A model generated the notes under the pieces. It was not told the DNA's origin. It saw nothing but the letters and a program-made list of their open reading frames with translations, and made no database searches. The position numbers were made by a program, and so were the translations under genes. From contig CAVTRC010000001.1 in NCBI GenBank assembly GCA_963737065.1, positions 1 through 64,000 on the forward strand: 64,000 nucleotides of DNA. The letters run 5' to 3'. Source of the stretch: Candidatus Eremiobacteria bacterium. GTDB lineage: Bacteria; Vulcanimicrobiota; Vulcanimicrobiia; Vulcanimicrobiales; Vulcanimicrobiaceae. Each line of letters begins with the position of its first letter. The first letter of the stretch is position 1. Of this stretch, positions 1 through 11,912 are shown one piece after another.

Positions 1-1093
1 TGCGCGTCGTTGCGGGCGTCGATTGTCACAAGGATTCTCACACCATCGTATTCGTTGATGGAGTTGGGAAAGCGCTCTCGGAGATCACCATTGCAACGAA
101 CGCCGCAGGGTATGCGACTGCGATCGAAAGAGCACGGTCGTTTGGCACCGTTGAATGGGGTCTTGAGGGAAGTGGTTCGATTGCGGACGTGGCTTCGCCG
201 ATGCTCTGCTGAAAAGCAACGCCGTCGTATACGAGGTTCCAGGTTCGTTCACTAAACGTCACCGCAAACACGCAAGCCGAAGAGGAAAATCCGATCCACT
301 CGACGCTCGAGCGATTGCCGAAGCAGTTCTGCGCGAATCCGATCGCTTGCGGCGTTGCGAACGTCTGGATGAACAGGAAGCAGTCCGGTTACGTTATGAT
401 CGCCGCGATCGACTTGTGCGACAGCGGACGGAGGCTGTAAATCGGCTGCGGGATGCCGCATTGCGGCTGGCGATTGGACCGCTGCCCTCGAACATGACCA
501 CCGAAATTGCATTGCAGAATGCAGCAGATCTTCTAACGGGTCATCGCGGTAAGAGCTATACCGGCGATGCGCTTGCTGATGAGATGGACGAGGCCATCTC
601 GGAAATCCGCCGGCTCAATGCAGCAGTGAATGCGCTGGAACGCCAACTGCGCCCTTTCGTTAAGCGCCTTGCGCCCGAATTGCTGGAGCTTCGAGGCGTT
701 TCCATTGTCGTTGCTGCCGGGATCATTGGACATGCCGGCAATCTTTGCATGTATCGCAATGCCGCGAGCTTCGCGATGCGCGCCGGGGCGGCGCCCGTTC
801 CGTGTTCGAGCGGTCGCAACGCGAGCGTCCGTGTCAACACCGGTGGTGATCGTCAGCTCAATCGATTACTCCATGTTATTGCGTTGGTCCAAAACCGCAC
901 GCGCAATCATCCGGGCCAACTCTATTATGCGCGTAAGCGAGCTGAGGGCAAGACGCATCGAGCTGCGATGCGTTCTCACAAACGGCAGCTGGCAACGGTT
1001 GTGTTTTATCGGTTGCAACCGATGCAAGACCGACTTGCGCGCAATAGTCACAAGATGTGTAAACCGAGACTTCGTCTGACAGTTGGCGCATGA
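1..1093 (+). pseudogene. IS110-family transposase (DEDD RuvC + Tnp domain); start codon at the window edge, frameshift near 180, 3' end interrupted by IS481
   Basis: Frame +3 from nt 3 reads RVVAGVDCHKDSHTIVFVD...WGLEGSGS; frame +2 continues RRGKSDPLDARAIA...GAAPVPCSSG...GGDRQLNRLLH...KRQLATVVFY. The last 12 codons are read from the IS481 inverted repeat. Confidence 0.9.
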
Positions 1094-2258
1094 TCGCGTC
1101 GCTGAGTGTCAGATGGTTCCAATGGCGCTAAACTCAGGCTGCAAATAGCTTCTCCTTGGCGAGTTCCAAGCTGTCGAAAAATGTCTGCATCGGCGTCTTG
1201 CCGTAACACCAGCGCCCTTGATGCGTGCGTTCTATGTTGTACTCGCGCATCCATGCATCGAGATCGGCTTGCAGCTCGTCGACCGTATGGTAAATCTTCT
1301 TGCGGAATGCCACGCGGTAGAATTCGTTAAGCATCGTCTTGTGAAGGCGTTCAACGATGCCGTTTGTTTGGGGGCTCTTTGCCTTGGTGCGCGTGTGATC
1401 GATGTCTTCGATTGCGAGGTACAACTCGTAAGGATGCTTCTGGACGTCTCCGCAGTACTCGGTTCCACGATCAGTGAGGATTCGGCTCACGCGAATATCG
1501 TGCTCTTCAAAGAATGGAATGACCCGATCATTGAGCAGATCTGCTGCAGTAATTGGCGTCTTTTGCTGGTACACCGCGAATCCAACTTTGCTATACGTGT
1601 CGACAAAGGTCTGCTGATATACACGGCCGACGCCTTTGAGCGTGCCGACGTAGAACGTGTCTTGTGCGCCGCAATAACCGGGGCATTCACTCTCGAACTC
1701 GCCGTGCGCGTCCTTCTCGTTCTGCGCCTTCTCAAGTGCTGCGAGCTGCGCTTCGGTCAGAACCAAACCTTCCTGTGCACTTTTTGCTTCTAGTGCTTTC
1801 AATCGTTTCTTCATCGTCTCAAGATCGTGCCGCTGCCAAACGCAGCGCACGCCGGCGGGAGAAACGGTCATTGCACGTTTTTTGAGTTCATTGGCGACGC
1901 GCACTTGGCCGAACGCCGGCTGTTCTATTGCGAGCGTCACGATCGCATCCTCGATCGTTGGATCGATTCGGTTCTTCAGGATCGGTTTTCGGCGCGAGAT
2001 TTCCGCGAGCGCGGCCTCACCGCCGGTTTCATAGAGCTCTTGGAAGCGATAGAAACTATCGCGACTAAACCCCATCATCTTGCAGGCCTGCTGCACGTTC
2101 CCCAACTGCTTTGCAAGGTTGAGCAGGCCAACTTTGGCACGAATGACTTTGCGTTCGGTGGTCAAGATCGTCTCCTTCGTCGCCGACGTCACGCTCAGTG
2201 ACGCGGCAGGATGCGATGCGACCTTCGCCAACTGTCCGATTAAGTCTTAGCTAATACA
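1056..2258 (-). mobile_element. IS481-family insertion sequence with imperfect 33-bp terminal inverted repeats (TGT...ACA)
   Basis: 1056-1088 TGTGTAAACCGAGACTTCGTCTGACAGTTGGCG versus reverse complement of 2226-2258 TGTATTAGCTAAGACTTAATCGGACAGTTGGCG; they enclose a single DDE transposase. No target-site duplication visible. Confidence 0.9.
1134..2165 (-). CDS. IS481-family DDE transposase
   Basis: N-terminal HTH ([20 protein letters not shown]); rve core QDTFYVG...[10 protein letters not shown]...[17 protein letters not shown] start 6 nt after AAGGAG. Confidence 0.93.
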   Translation of the reverse strand: MTTERKVIRAKVGLLNLAKQLGNVQQACKMMGFSRDSFYRFQELYETGGEAALAEISRRKPILKNRIDPTIEDAIVTLAIEQPAFGQVRVANELKKRAMTVSPAGVRCVWQRHDLETMKKRLKALEAKSAQEGLVLTEAQLAALEKAQNEKDAHGEFESECPGYCGAQDTFYVGTLKGVGRVYQQTFVDTYSKVGFAVYQQKTPITAADLLNDRVIPFFEEHDIRVSRILTDRGTEYCGDVQKHPYELYLAIEDIDHTRTKAKSPQTNGIVERLHKTMLNEFYRVAFRKKIYHTVDELQADLDAWMREYNIERTHQGRWCYGKTPMQTFFDSLELAKEKLFAA

Positions 2259-2259
2259 G

Positions 2260-2760
2260 ATTATAGAACGCACGGTCCGCGCCTCGTTGGTTCTTGCGCT
2301 CAACGAACACTGTCCGATGTGCTGCATCACAATCCATCGATCTATTGGTTACCAGGAATTAAACGGAACAGACCCGCTGACAGGACTCCATGCGCGCGAT
2401 TACGCCGCTAACCATCATCAAATTCGACCGGCAGTAATCTGTTCGGTACGTAACGTGGGCGATCGAGACATTGTTGACCTGCAGATCGATCCAACCGCCG
2501 AGGCGGTGAGCGTACCGCCCGGACCGAACCCAGTACGGCCTCCGCAGCCGCTGCCGCCTTTCGAGTTTGGCCGGGTCGTTGCGAGCGATGTGCGGTATTT
2601 TGCGATTATTGACGCGTGGGAAGAACCTCAACCTGTTCCAATGAACGTCACGCTGCCTGGAAAAACGCATGACGGTACGCCGATATCGTGGTCAAATGCT
2701 AACCCGAAGACCGGCGCGCTTATTGTCACAGTGATTTTGAACGCGCCGGCCGGTTATTAA
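2260..2760 (+). CDS. Hypothetical protein, probably 5'-truncated by IS481
   Basis: The frame of ORF 2287..2760 stays open back to the IS481 end; no convincing RBS or start; no recognised motif. Confidence 0.4.
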   Translation: MIERTVRASLVLALNEHCPMCCITIHRSIGYQELNGTDPLTGLHARDYAANHHQIRPAVICSVRNVGDRDIVDLQIDPTAEAVSVPPGPNPVRPPQPLPPFEFGRVVASDVRYFAIIDAWEEPQPVPMNVTLPGKTHDGTPISWSNANPKTGALIVTVILNAPAGY

Positions 2761-3206
2761 GCCTCCGGTCGGTACCCAGAAGCCAGTGCAACATTAAACC
2801 GCGTGCCGGTACAGTAAAGAAAAACGCCGCTCGGCTCTTCGGAATCGGGCACGCTTTTTCATTGCGGAGATGAGCTTAACCGCGACGTGCGCGTGGCGCA
2901 GGCTTCCATGTGGCTTTCCGCTTTTGATGTCGCGGACAGCCTGAGCGAGTGATGGTATCCCCACTACTCCAGGGAGGATAGGTGAAAATTTCGTTCGTTG
3001 GGTCGTCTCCCCAATTCTACTCCGCGAGCGCTCCACGCAAAGCTCTCTGCTGGAGCACGGCCGTTATCGAAACCTCGGTCGCCGAATGCCGGCTTGGCCA
3101 CAAGTTTAACCGTGCGAACGCGGTTCGCCCTCGGGCTCAACATGGCAACTCAGCGCCGAAACGCGATTGATGTCATTTTTCACGGTGCTCGCTTTTTCTG
3201 AAGCCA

Positions 3207-5441
3207 TCACGAATTGAATGAGCTTCGGTTTGCGTTTTGTCGTTGATAGATATTTTCGGGCGGAGGCTGTGCTTTACGACCCGTCGAGCGTGTGGCTCGC
3301 ACAGCGCCCGCGGCATTGCGTAGCGTCCGCCGAGAAAGCCGACATTTTGCGCAGGCGCTCGCCGCGCCGTTCGACTGTAAAAGGAGCTGAATAGACGCGA
3401 GGCGTTGGGCTAATGGACAGTCGGATCTTATTCGTGAACCGTTGAAACGATGTACCCGAATCACGCACCTGGTTGTAAGCGATGCAACGGCATTTGCGCT
3501 GGCGTTTACGGTACGTCTTTCTCGAACGTGCGCAAAGTCGCGTGTGCGCCGGTCGCACGTTGCCGTACTTGCGCGACGAACCCGCGGTCCGACGGCGCCA
3601 CAGTGCCTGGGAAACCCGAATCGGGCTCGTCGCTCAGCGACTGTGATGATATCCGTTGCCAAGCTCGAGTTGGCGCACTGTACCGAAACAATACGAGACA
3701 TGCACCGCGCGTTGCGCAAGCCCACCGGTCCCCGGCCCGGCATAACCGCAAGGTTAATCGTCGTTGCCGTCGCCTTTAGCGCTACCGACGCCAGCGAACC
3801 TCGTGCCGACGGCTGCGTAACGATTCCAGCCGCGGTTGTTTGATCGTTCTTCGGATCGATGATTGCGTAACAGACGGTCAGCGTTCCAGTGCGCGTCTGA
3901 CAACCGTGAACGATCATGACATCGCCGTTCGCCAGCCCGGTAGCGGTTTTGGCTGATGTTACCGGATAATTTGATGTCGTCCCAAACGGCGGCTGCGCTT
4001 CCATCCGCATGTCATAGATGTATGGTGTCATATCGGCGGGGTAGCCGCCCACCGGTGGGCGGACAAATACGGACTGTTGGATCCAAGGCGGTCCTCAGCG
4101 CGCATGCCCGGAGCAACCGTGAATGGATATCGGCCGGAACAGTTTGTCCATGTCCAACGGCCGTACTGAGGACCTTGCGATCGAAAACAAGCAATGTTCA
4201 GCCCGTACGCGTTATGCGCAGCTCCCATCCATGTTCCGGTTAGTATCTCGACGTCCATAAGTGAATAGATATACTGACCAACACTTATTGCGCCGCCGAA
4301 GAGAAAGTGACGATGCAACCCGCTCTGCCGTACGTCGCTTACTTTGTCGATTCCGCGCGCCGAGCCACAGCTGACCGCTCCCGAGCAACTCAGGCGAATT
4401 GCCGTTGCCCCGGGCAGCTCGCGGACGTTGCCGTTCTTGAGCGTGATTCCGATCGCAGCTGGGGCGAGCACTCGTCCTTCGAACCGAAGCGTAGGATCGT
4501 ACTGCACCTGCATCGCTCCGAATTGCGAACTCAACGCACTGCATGTTCCGGCAAAGGCTTGAGCGAGACTTTGCGCAACGGCTTGCGCGTCGCCATTCGA
4601 GCTTAAGCTCATACTGCACGAGCGGCCGCCTATAGAAAGCGCCACCATGCCGGTTCCCGTGCTCGCCTGCACGATGCCGAAGTCAAAATACGCATCGTCG
4701 TTCGGCGTAAGCGTTATCGTTGAAAGACCGTTGCCCGGCGGCGTATGTGAAGACGTAAAATTCCACGGGCCCGCCGCCGTATCGAACGTCGAAGAGCCAT
4801 GCAGCGTCACGTACCCTTGCGCACCACTCTGACCACTACGGCTGTTCCCTTGCTCCTGGCCTTCAATGACGGTCACGTCGCCGATCGTCGCAACCGAAGC
4901 CTCCGATAATCCCGTGGTCGGAAGCAAATATTCCGGCGAATCGACTAAGGCCTTGACGATAGAAGCTGCCGCTAGCCGGTGCAAATTTGAATGGTTGACA
5001 GAACCCGCTTGGACATGCCCACGATTCCGGGGGACGATTTGCGGCGTACGTGCTCGCCGCTCCATACATTAGGAGATATGCGCCATCGGAAGTTCGGACC
5101 ATCGATGGCGCATCGTGATCGCTACGCGCGGTGGTGTAGTTGCCGTTCGGCGGCTGATTCACTTGGCTCGATTCGACCGCGGTGCCGGTGGCTTGATTCC
5201 ACAGCGCAACGCCAGGCTGAACGGTGTTGTCAGCGCCATTAGAGCCGTCCCCTGCAATTGCGAATGCACTCAACAAATAGTTTTGGTTTTGAGTTCGCAA
5301 AGCATACGTCGTCCGCGTGAGATTCACTTCTTGAGAACCCCTCGCCTTAGAAAGGGCCGCGTTCTCTTGTGAGTGCGCCTGGGCGATGAAAAGTCTCACG
5401 ATGATCGCACCGCCAAGGACCGTTGCAGACAATCGGTGCAT
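3207..5441 (-). CDS. Large secreted protein with a BNR_4-like motif, split by frameshifts (3' end uncertain)
   Basis: AGGAG RBS then MHRLSATVLGGAIIVRLFIAQAHSQE signal peptide at 5441; RSDHDAPSMVRTSDGAYLLMYG; continues in overlapping ORFs 4028..5065 and 3207..4052 with similar S/T/G-rich composition. Confidence 0.5.
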
Positions 5442-5449
5442 GATGCTCC

Positions 5450-6757
5450 TATAACGAGAGTCGCTGCGCGCGTTCACGACCTCGTCCAAAACGTCGGCGA
5501 AACGCTTAGCCAAGTACGCACTTTCGAACGGCGCTACGGCGCTCGCTTCGACGGTCGATGAACGGCCAGCGCGCCATTCTTGTACCGCTTCGACGATTGC
5601 GTGCCTAAGGCCGTCGCTATCCTGGAAACGTTGGCCGGCACCGGTCTGTTCCAAGACTTCGTCGAGAACCATCTTCGGAGGTCCGCCCATCGCGATTATT
5701 TTACGTCGTGCGCCAAGATACTCGAAAAGCTTTCCCGTATATGTGCCGCTCTCATGCGGGCCGTCAGCGAGGAACACCAGCAGGCGTGTTGCGGCGCGTT
5801 CCAGACGTAAAATCTGCTCGCGTGGAGCATTGCCGTGAACGCGCACGACGTCGTCCAAACCGAGCCGCGATATCGCGTTTGTGAGCCATTCGCCTTGTCG
5901 CCCGTATAGCTCTACGGCTATTTCCGAACGCGCAATTGTTCCTGATTTCAGAAGTTCAGCGAGCGTTTCAAAGAATGGGCGCGGATCTCGACCACCCTCA
6001 TAGAGTTGCCCGGGGTGTAAGAATGTCGCCCGCTTTGGTTCGGCAAATGGCACACCGATCCACTCCCGTTCGGAGAACGCATTCGGTATGCTGTGTACCG
6101 CTGTACTCGGATATCGGTTACGCAAATCTTCCGCGAGCGGTTCGGAAACAATCGTCAATGCGGACGCCGTGCGAAACGTGTGAGGCTCCAGGAGACCATC
6201 GATCGACACAAGAGCCTTCGGAAAGACGCATCGTCTCTCCGGTACCATGGATCGCGAAGGTCGGCGATCCATGGGACAGCGCCGTGTGCTCGCGCAGCCA
6301 CGAGATGAGTCGCTGCGGGAGGCGAGGTCGAGATAATCGCGTCGAAGGCTGTTTCGAAAGAGGTCGCGAACGGCCTGCGTACCTGGCCCAACCAGCCGAA
6401 ACTCGAATTCGCATACTCGCCGACGGTGTACGCCATGCGGACGACGCGCTGTTTCAGCCCGCTTCGCGCGCGAGCTCCGTTCGAAGATTCTCCCGGCGGC
6501 AATTTCGTCAGCGACACCGAGTCGTCGCGCGTCGGTCTGTCCTTACGGACTCCCAACAGGCGGCGAAACGGCGCTTTGAAGTCAGCAAATGCGGTCGTGT
6601 GGACGTCTTCACCATAGACGACGTCGCCGAAGTCGGGGGTAATCGGCGAAACGGTCCAGCCGAACTCAGGCAGCTCACGCATCAGCTGTCCGACTCGCAC
6701 CGACGCGATCGCCGCGCGCGGAGGCACGTGATACGTCAGCAACAAAGCCCGCTTCAA
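5450..6757 (-). CDS. GT4-like glycosyltransferase (frameshift near 6220; stop not seen, frame runs into the next gene)
   Basis: [13 protein letters not shown]...IISTSPPAATHL...WIADLRDPW, then HSIPNAF...GTYTGKLFEYLGARRKI. Confidence 0.8.
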
Positions 6758-7868
6758 GGGCGTTTACTACACAGCGAGCGCGGACGCGTTGCGTCGACTC
6801 TTATCATGTCGCGAACCATCGCATCGACGATATGACGCGCGCTGTTGCCGTCGCCGAACGGTTGAATCTTGCTCGGCAGGGGAACGCGATGTGCGGCAGC
6901 GAAGATCTGCGCCGGATCGCTTCCACCAAGACGTTCCACTCTCCTCGAGCGTCTCGATCCATTCCGTCTCGTCGCGCAGCGTAACGCAGGGAACGCCGAG
7001 CACGACGGCTTCTTTCTGAACACCGCCCGAATCCGTCAGGACGACGCCGCACGCGAGAACAGGGCGAGCATCTCGAGATACGAAAGCGGTTCACAGACGA
7101 TAATGTTATCGTTCTCGTCCGACGCCGAAACGTTCCACGAGCGGCTTCGTCCGCGGATGAACCGGAAACACGACCGGTCATGTCGGATGCGCGCAACCCT
7201 TCGATGAGCGATTGGAAGACGATCGGATCGTCCGTGTTCGATGCACGATGAATCGTCGCTACGGCGTACGATACCGCGTTCACGCCGAAACCGAGCCAAA
7301 ATCGGCGGATCGTTCCGGCAGAGCGCTGCGACGCCTCGAGGCGCAAGATCGACCATCAAGATCGCCGACGACTTCGATCGCTCCCTCGACCCCCTCCGAT
7401 GCGCAAGTTGCTCGCCGCGGCGAAGCCGTTGGCACGAGTAACAAATCGCCGACGCGCATCGGCAACGATCCGATTGATCTCTTCGGGCATGTCCCGGTTG
7501 AACGATCGCAGACCGGCTTCAACGTGCGCAACCGGAATGCGGAGCTTTGCGCCGACGAGCGCACCGGCGAGCGTGCTGTTCGTATCGCCGTACACCAACA
7601 GCCAATCGGGCTGCTCTTCGTCGACGAGCGGATCGAGCCGCTTCATCATTTCGCCCGTTTGCGCGCCATGCGAAGCGCTGCCGACGCCCAAGTGATACTT
7701 CGGCGCCGGCAACGCCAGCTCGTCAAAGAACACGTCGCTCATCCGGTTATCGTAATGCTGACCGGTATGAACGATGATCTCCTCGATTCCTCGAGCCGCG
7801 AACTCTCGCGAGAGCAGGGCGGCCTTGACGAATTGAGGACGTGCTCCGACGACGCTTAGGACGCGCAC
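6754..7868 (-). CDS. wecB: Non-hydrolysing UDP-N-acetylglucosamine 2-epimerase family (WecB/WbpI-like), several frameshifts
   Basis: [48 protein letters not shown], then in other frames [35 protein letters not shown]. Confidence 0.9.
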
Positions 7869-8975
7869 TATGCCGGCACCGGTTCAACCGCGCTCAGCAG
7901 CGTGTCGGCCACGTGTTGCCGATCGTTTTCATGCAGCTCCGGGAACATCGGCAGCGAAAGCACTTGTTCGGCTGCGCGTTCGGAGTGCGGGAATGCGCCT
8001 TCGCGCAAGCCCATCGCCGGCGTGCACCTTTTGCAGATGAAGCGGAACCGGATAGTACACCATCGTTTGAATGCCGGCGTCTTTCAAACGGCGCTGCACT
8101 TCGTCACGATTGCTGATTCGCACCGTGTACTGATGGTACACGTGTTTCGATCCAGGCGATTCCTGTGGAACCGAAACGGTCGGGGAGAGGCCTTCACCGT
8201 ACGACGAAGCGTGCGCGCGGCGCGCGGCGATCCACGAATCGAGAAGCGGCAATTTGATGCGCAGGATGGCGGCTTGAACTTCATCGAGACGGCTGTTGAC
8301 GCCAAGCTCTTCGTGATGGTATTTGACGCGCCCGCCGTGCGCGCGCAGACTGCGCATTCGCGCACCGATCTGCGCGTCGTTGGTCGTCGCCATTCCGCCG
8401 TCGCCGTACGCGCCAAGGTTCTTCGTCGGGAAGAAGCTGAAACACCCGACATCGCCGAACGACCCGACGCGTTTTCCGTCGATTTCTGCGCCGATCGCTT
8501 GGGCGCAATCTTCGATCACGGCAAGATGATATTGCTCGGCGAGCGCCATGATCTCGCGCATCGGCGCCGGTAATCCGTAGAGATGAATCGGAAGGATTGC
8601 TTTCGTGCGCGGCGTGATCGCGGCGCGAATTGCGCCGGGATCGATGTTGAACGTGACCGGGTCGATGTCGACGAACACCGGGGTTGCGCCCACGATACCG
8701 ATCGCCTCGGTCGTCGCTACAAACGTGAACGGCGTGGTGATCACTTCGTCGCCGGGGCCGATGTCGAGCGCGCGCAGCGCGAGATGCAACGCGTCGGTTC
8801 CGGAATTCAATCCGACCGCGTGCGCCGCGCCGACGTATGCTGCGATCTCCGCTTCGAGCGCCTTCACGTTGGGACCGTTGATGTAGACGCCGCTCTCAAG
8901 CACGGCTTCTATCGCCTTCATCACGTCCGGGCGGATCGAGTGAAACTGCTCGGTGAGATCCAAAATCGGGAGCAC
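7868..8975 (-). CDS. DegT/DnrJ/EryC1/StrS aminotransferase (WbpE-like); C-terminal frameshift
   Basis: [30 protein letters not shown] (PLP Lys), [10 protein letters not shown]; alternative frame ends LSLPMFPEL...VPA* at 7868. Confidence 0.92.
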
Positions 8976-8981
8976 GTTGGG

Positions 8982-9578
8982 TTAGACCTTTCGCACGACT
9001 TCACCGGACTTTTCGTACCGGCGTGAACACTCCGTGCAAGCGGCACGGTCGCCTTCGAATTCGAGCTTGACGCCGCATTCGCACGCATATCCGCGAACGC
9101 GCGCCGGATTACCATAAACCATCGCGTAAGCCGGAACATCTTTCGTAACGACGGAACCGGCGCCGACGAATGCGTATTCTCCAAGCGTATGGCCGCAGAC
9201 GATCGTTGCGTTCGCGCCGATCGACGCTCCGCGCTTCACCACCGTGGCGGCGTAGTCGTCCGAAGTATTGCGGGGCGTGCCGGAGCGCGGCGTGGTCACG
9301 TTGGTGAACACCATGCTCGGTCCGCAAAAAACGTCGTCTTCGAGCACGACGCCTTCGTACACCGAGACGTTGTTTTGGATCTTGACGTTGTTACCGATCG
9401 TTACGTTCGGCGAGATGACGACGTTCTGTCCGATCGAACAGTTGTTGCCGACCTTGCTGTTTCGCATGACGTGGCTGAAGTGCCAGATCTTCGTTCCTTC
9501 TCCGATCTCGCACGGCTCGTCAACATACGACGACTCATGGACGAAGTAATTGCGCTCGATCTTGTCGGTGACGGTCAA
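8982..9578 (-). CDS. Hexapeptide-repeat N-acetyltransferase (WbpD-like)
   Basis: IGEGTKIWHFSHV, VKIQNNVSVYEGV, FCGPSMVFTNV, GASIGANATIVCG; C-terminal Cys cluster. Confidence 0.9.
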   Translation of the reverse strand: MTVTDKIERNYFVHESSYVDEPCEIGEGTKIWHFSHVMRNSKVGNNCSIGQNVVISPNVTIGNNVKIQNNVSVYEGVVLEDDVFCGPSMVFTNVTTPRSGTPRNTSDDYAATVVKRGASIGANATIVCGHTLGEYAFVGAGSVVTKDVPAYAMVYGNPARVRGYACECGVKLEFEGDRAACTECSRRYEKSGEVVRKV

Positions 9579-10567
9579 ACGATAGCCTCCATTGGACGAG
9601 TGGATTGCGCGCCCAGCATGCTGAGCACTTCCACGACTTGCATGCCCTCTTCGCCGTCGGTGATGGGCACGATGCCCTCCGTGATCGCGCGAAGGAATGC
9701 TTGAACTTCGAGTTTGAGCGGCTCGCCCGCTTCGAACGAGACCGTCTGCGGCTCATCCCGCCACAATTCCGCGTTGCCGTTTGCATCGGGACGGTCGCCG
9801 CACGGCGTCAATGTGAGCACCGCGCCGTTGCGCGAGTCGATCAGCGTGATGACGCCGTTCTGCCCGAACACGTCGAGGCGTGCGGTTTTGTCGGGGTCGA
9901 GCCAGTTCACTTCGATGTGCGCGGTTCGCCCGCTCTTGAAGAACAAGTCGGCATACGCAAAATCGGCGATATTCGGACGCACGAACTTCAGCAGCGAACC
10001 GCGGACGCGTTCCGGCCGCTCGCGTTCGAATATCTCGAGGACGAGCGCCACGTCGTGCGGAGCAAAACTCCACCAGACGTTTTCGTGCGCGCGCACACGT
10101 CCGAACGACAGACGTCGCGAACGGATGTGCCGCACCGCTCCGATCGCGCCTTCGTTGATCAATCGTAAGAGCCGGCGCACGGCGGGGTGATAGAGCAGCA
10201 CGTGGCCGGTCATCACTTGCACGCCCGCCTCATTGGCAGCCGTGACGATCTGCCGCGCATCTTCGGCCGTCATCGCGAGCGGCTTCTCGACGAAGACGTG
10301 CTTACCGGCGGCGATTGCCTCGAGTGCGAGCATGGAATGCACCGCGACCGGCGCAGCGATGATGACGCCGTCGATCGGGCGCTGCAACAGCGCGCGAAAA
10401 TCGCTGTCAAGATGAAGCGCCGGATACTTCTTGTGCGTCGATTCGAGAATAGCCGGGTTCGCATCGCATACCGAATCCAGTACACCCAATTCGTCGCAAA
10501 CGCGAACGAGATTTGCGCCCCAATAGCCGGCCCCTACGATGCCGATCCGTGGTGTTCCCGTCATCAT
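9575..10567 (-). CDS. Gfo/Idh/MocA oxidoreductase (WbpB-like)
   Basis: IGIVGAGYWG, GKHVFVEKPLA, SFAPHDV; ATGA overlap with the upstream stop. Confidence 0.88.
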   Translation of the reverse strand: MMTGTPRIGIVGAGYWGANLVRVCDELGVLDSVCDANPAILESTHKKYPALHLDSDFRALLQRPIDGVIIAAPVAVHSMLALEAIAAGKHVFVEKPLAMTAEDARQIVTAANEAGVQVMTGHVLLYHPAVRRLLRLINEGAIGAVRHIRSRRLSFGRVRAHENVWWSFAPHDVALVLEIFERERPERVRGSLLKFVRPNIADFAYADLFFKSGRTAHIEVNWLDPDKTARLDVFGQNGVITLIDSRNGAVLTLTPCGDRPDANGNAELWRDEPQTVSFEAGEPLKLEVQAFLRAITEGIVPITDGEEGMQVVEVLSMLGAQSTRPMEAIV

Positions 10568-11902
10568 ATCAGCGTCACGTTCTCGCGGCGGTCCACGACA
10601 TTGCGCGTGGCATTGCGCGTATCGACAACCGCTTTGGCGGAATTGCACACGGCGGCATAATCGATCGAACTGTGATCCGTGAGGATCAGCACGCAATCGG
10701 CGCGTTCCAGCATCTCTTGCGAGAGCGGGATCGAGTGCCAGCTTTCACCGTGCTCGTCGACGAAGTTCGGCACGTGGGGGTCGTGAAAATTCACGCGCGC
10801 GCCATCGCGTTTCAAGAGATCCAACACCTTGAGCGCGGGCGATTCACGCCAATCTTCGATGTCTTTCTTGTACGCAACGCCGAGCGCGAAAATGTCTGCG
10901 CCTTTGAGCGACTTAGCCCGACTCATTGAGCGTGCGTATCACCTTCTCGCGAACGAAGTACGGCATCGTCCAGTTGATCTCGCCGGCGAGTTCGATGAAG
11001 CGGACGTTCATATCGTACTCGCGCGCCTTCCACGCGAGATAGAACGGATCGAGCGGAATGCAATGGCCGCCGACACCGGGGCCTGGCTCGAAACGCATGA
11101 TGCCGAACGGCTTCGTTGCGGCTGCTTCGATGACGTCCCAAACGCTGATTCCGAGGCGGTCGCACAGCAACGCCATCTCGTTCACGAGAGCGATGTTGAC
11201 GGCGCGGAACGTGTTCTCGAATACCTTCGTCATCTCGGCGACTTTCGTTGAACTGACCGCGACGACGTTGAGGATCGTCTGCTGATAGAAGCACATCGCG
11301 ACGTCGAGACACGTGCTCGTCACACCGCCGACGACTTTGTTCGTGTTCTTGGTGGTATAGCGCGCGTTTCCCGGATCGACTCGCTCGGGCGAGAACGACA
11401 GGAAGAAATCTTCGCCGACGGTCAATCCCGATTCCGAGAGAATCTTGAGCAAGACTTCTTCGGTGGTGCCGGGATAGGTCGTGCTCTCGAGGCTGATCAA
11501 CTGTCCCGGGCGCATGTATTTGATGATCTCGTGCGCCACATTCTTGATGTACGAGATGTCCGGTTCTTTATTCGCCGTCAACGGGGTCGGTACGCAAATG
11601 ACGATGCAATCGCAACGTCCTAACTGGCTGAAATCGGTCGTTGCGCTGAGCTTCGCGTTCTCGACGATTTCCGCGAGATCTTTGTCGTCGACGTCACGGA
11701 TGTAGTTCAGCCCTTGGTTCACCTGATCCACACGAATCGGGTTGCGATCGAATCCGAGAACCGTAAAGCCTACTTTAGCCTTCTCAACGGCGAGCGGAAG
11801 TCCGACGTAACCAATCCCGACGACGCCGATCAGCGCCGTGCGGTCGATGATTTTTTGCTTTAATCCGTCTGCGGACACGGACCGGGTTTCCAACGATATC
11901 AC
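10564..11902 (-). CDS. UDP-GlcNAc 6-dehydrogenase (WbpA/WecC family); frameshift near 10920
   Basis: GVVGIGYVGLPLA, ICVPTP, LESTTYPGTT, SPERVDPG, PGPGVGGHCIPLDP, then LGVAYKKDIEDWRESPA. Confidence 0.92.
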
Positions 11903-11912
11903 AGTTTACCCC

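Noticed and set aside
2761..3700. ncRNA or small genes in the low-coding stretch
   Set aside because: No convincing ORF, repeat or structure could be supported by eye.
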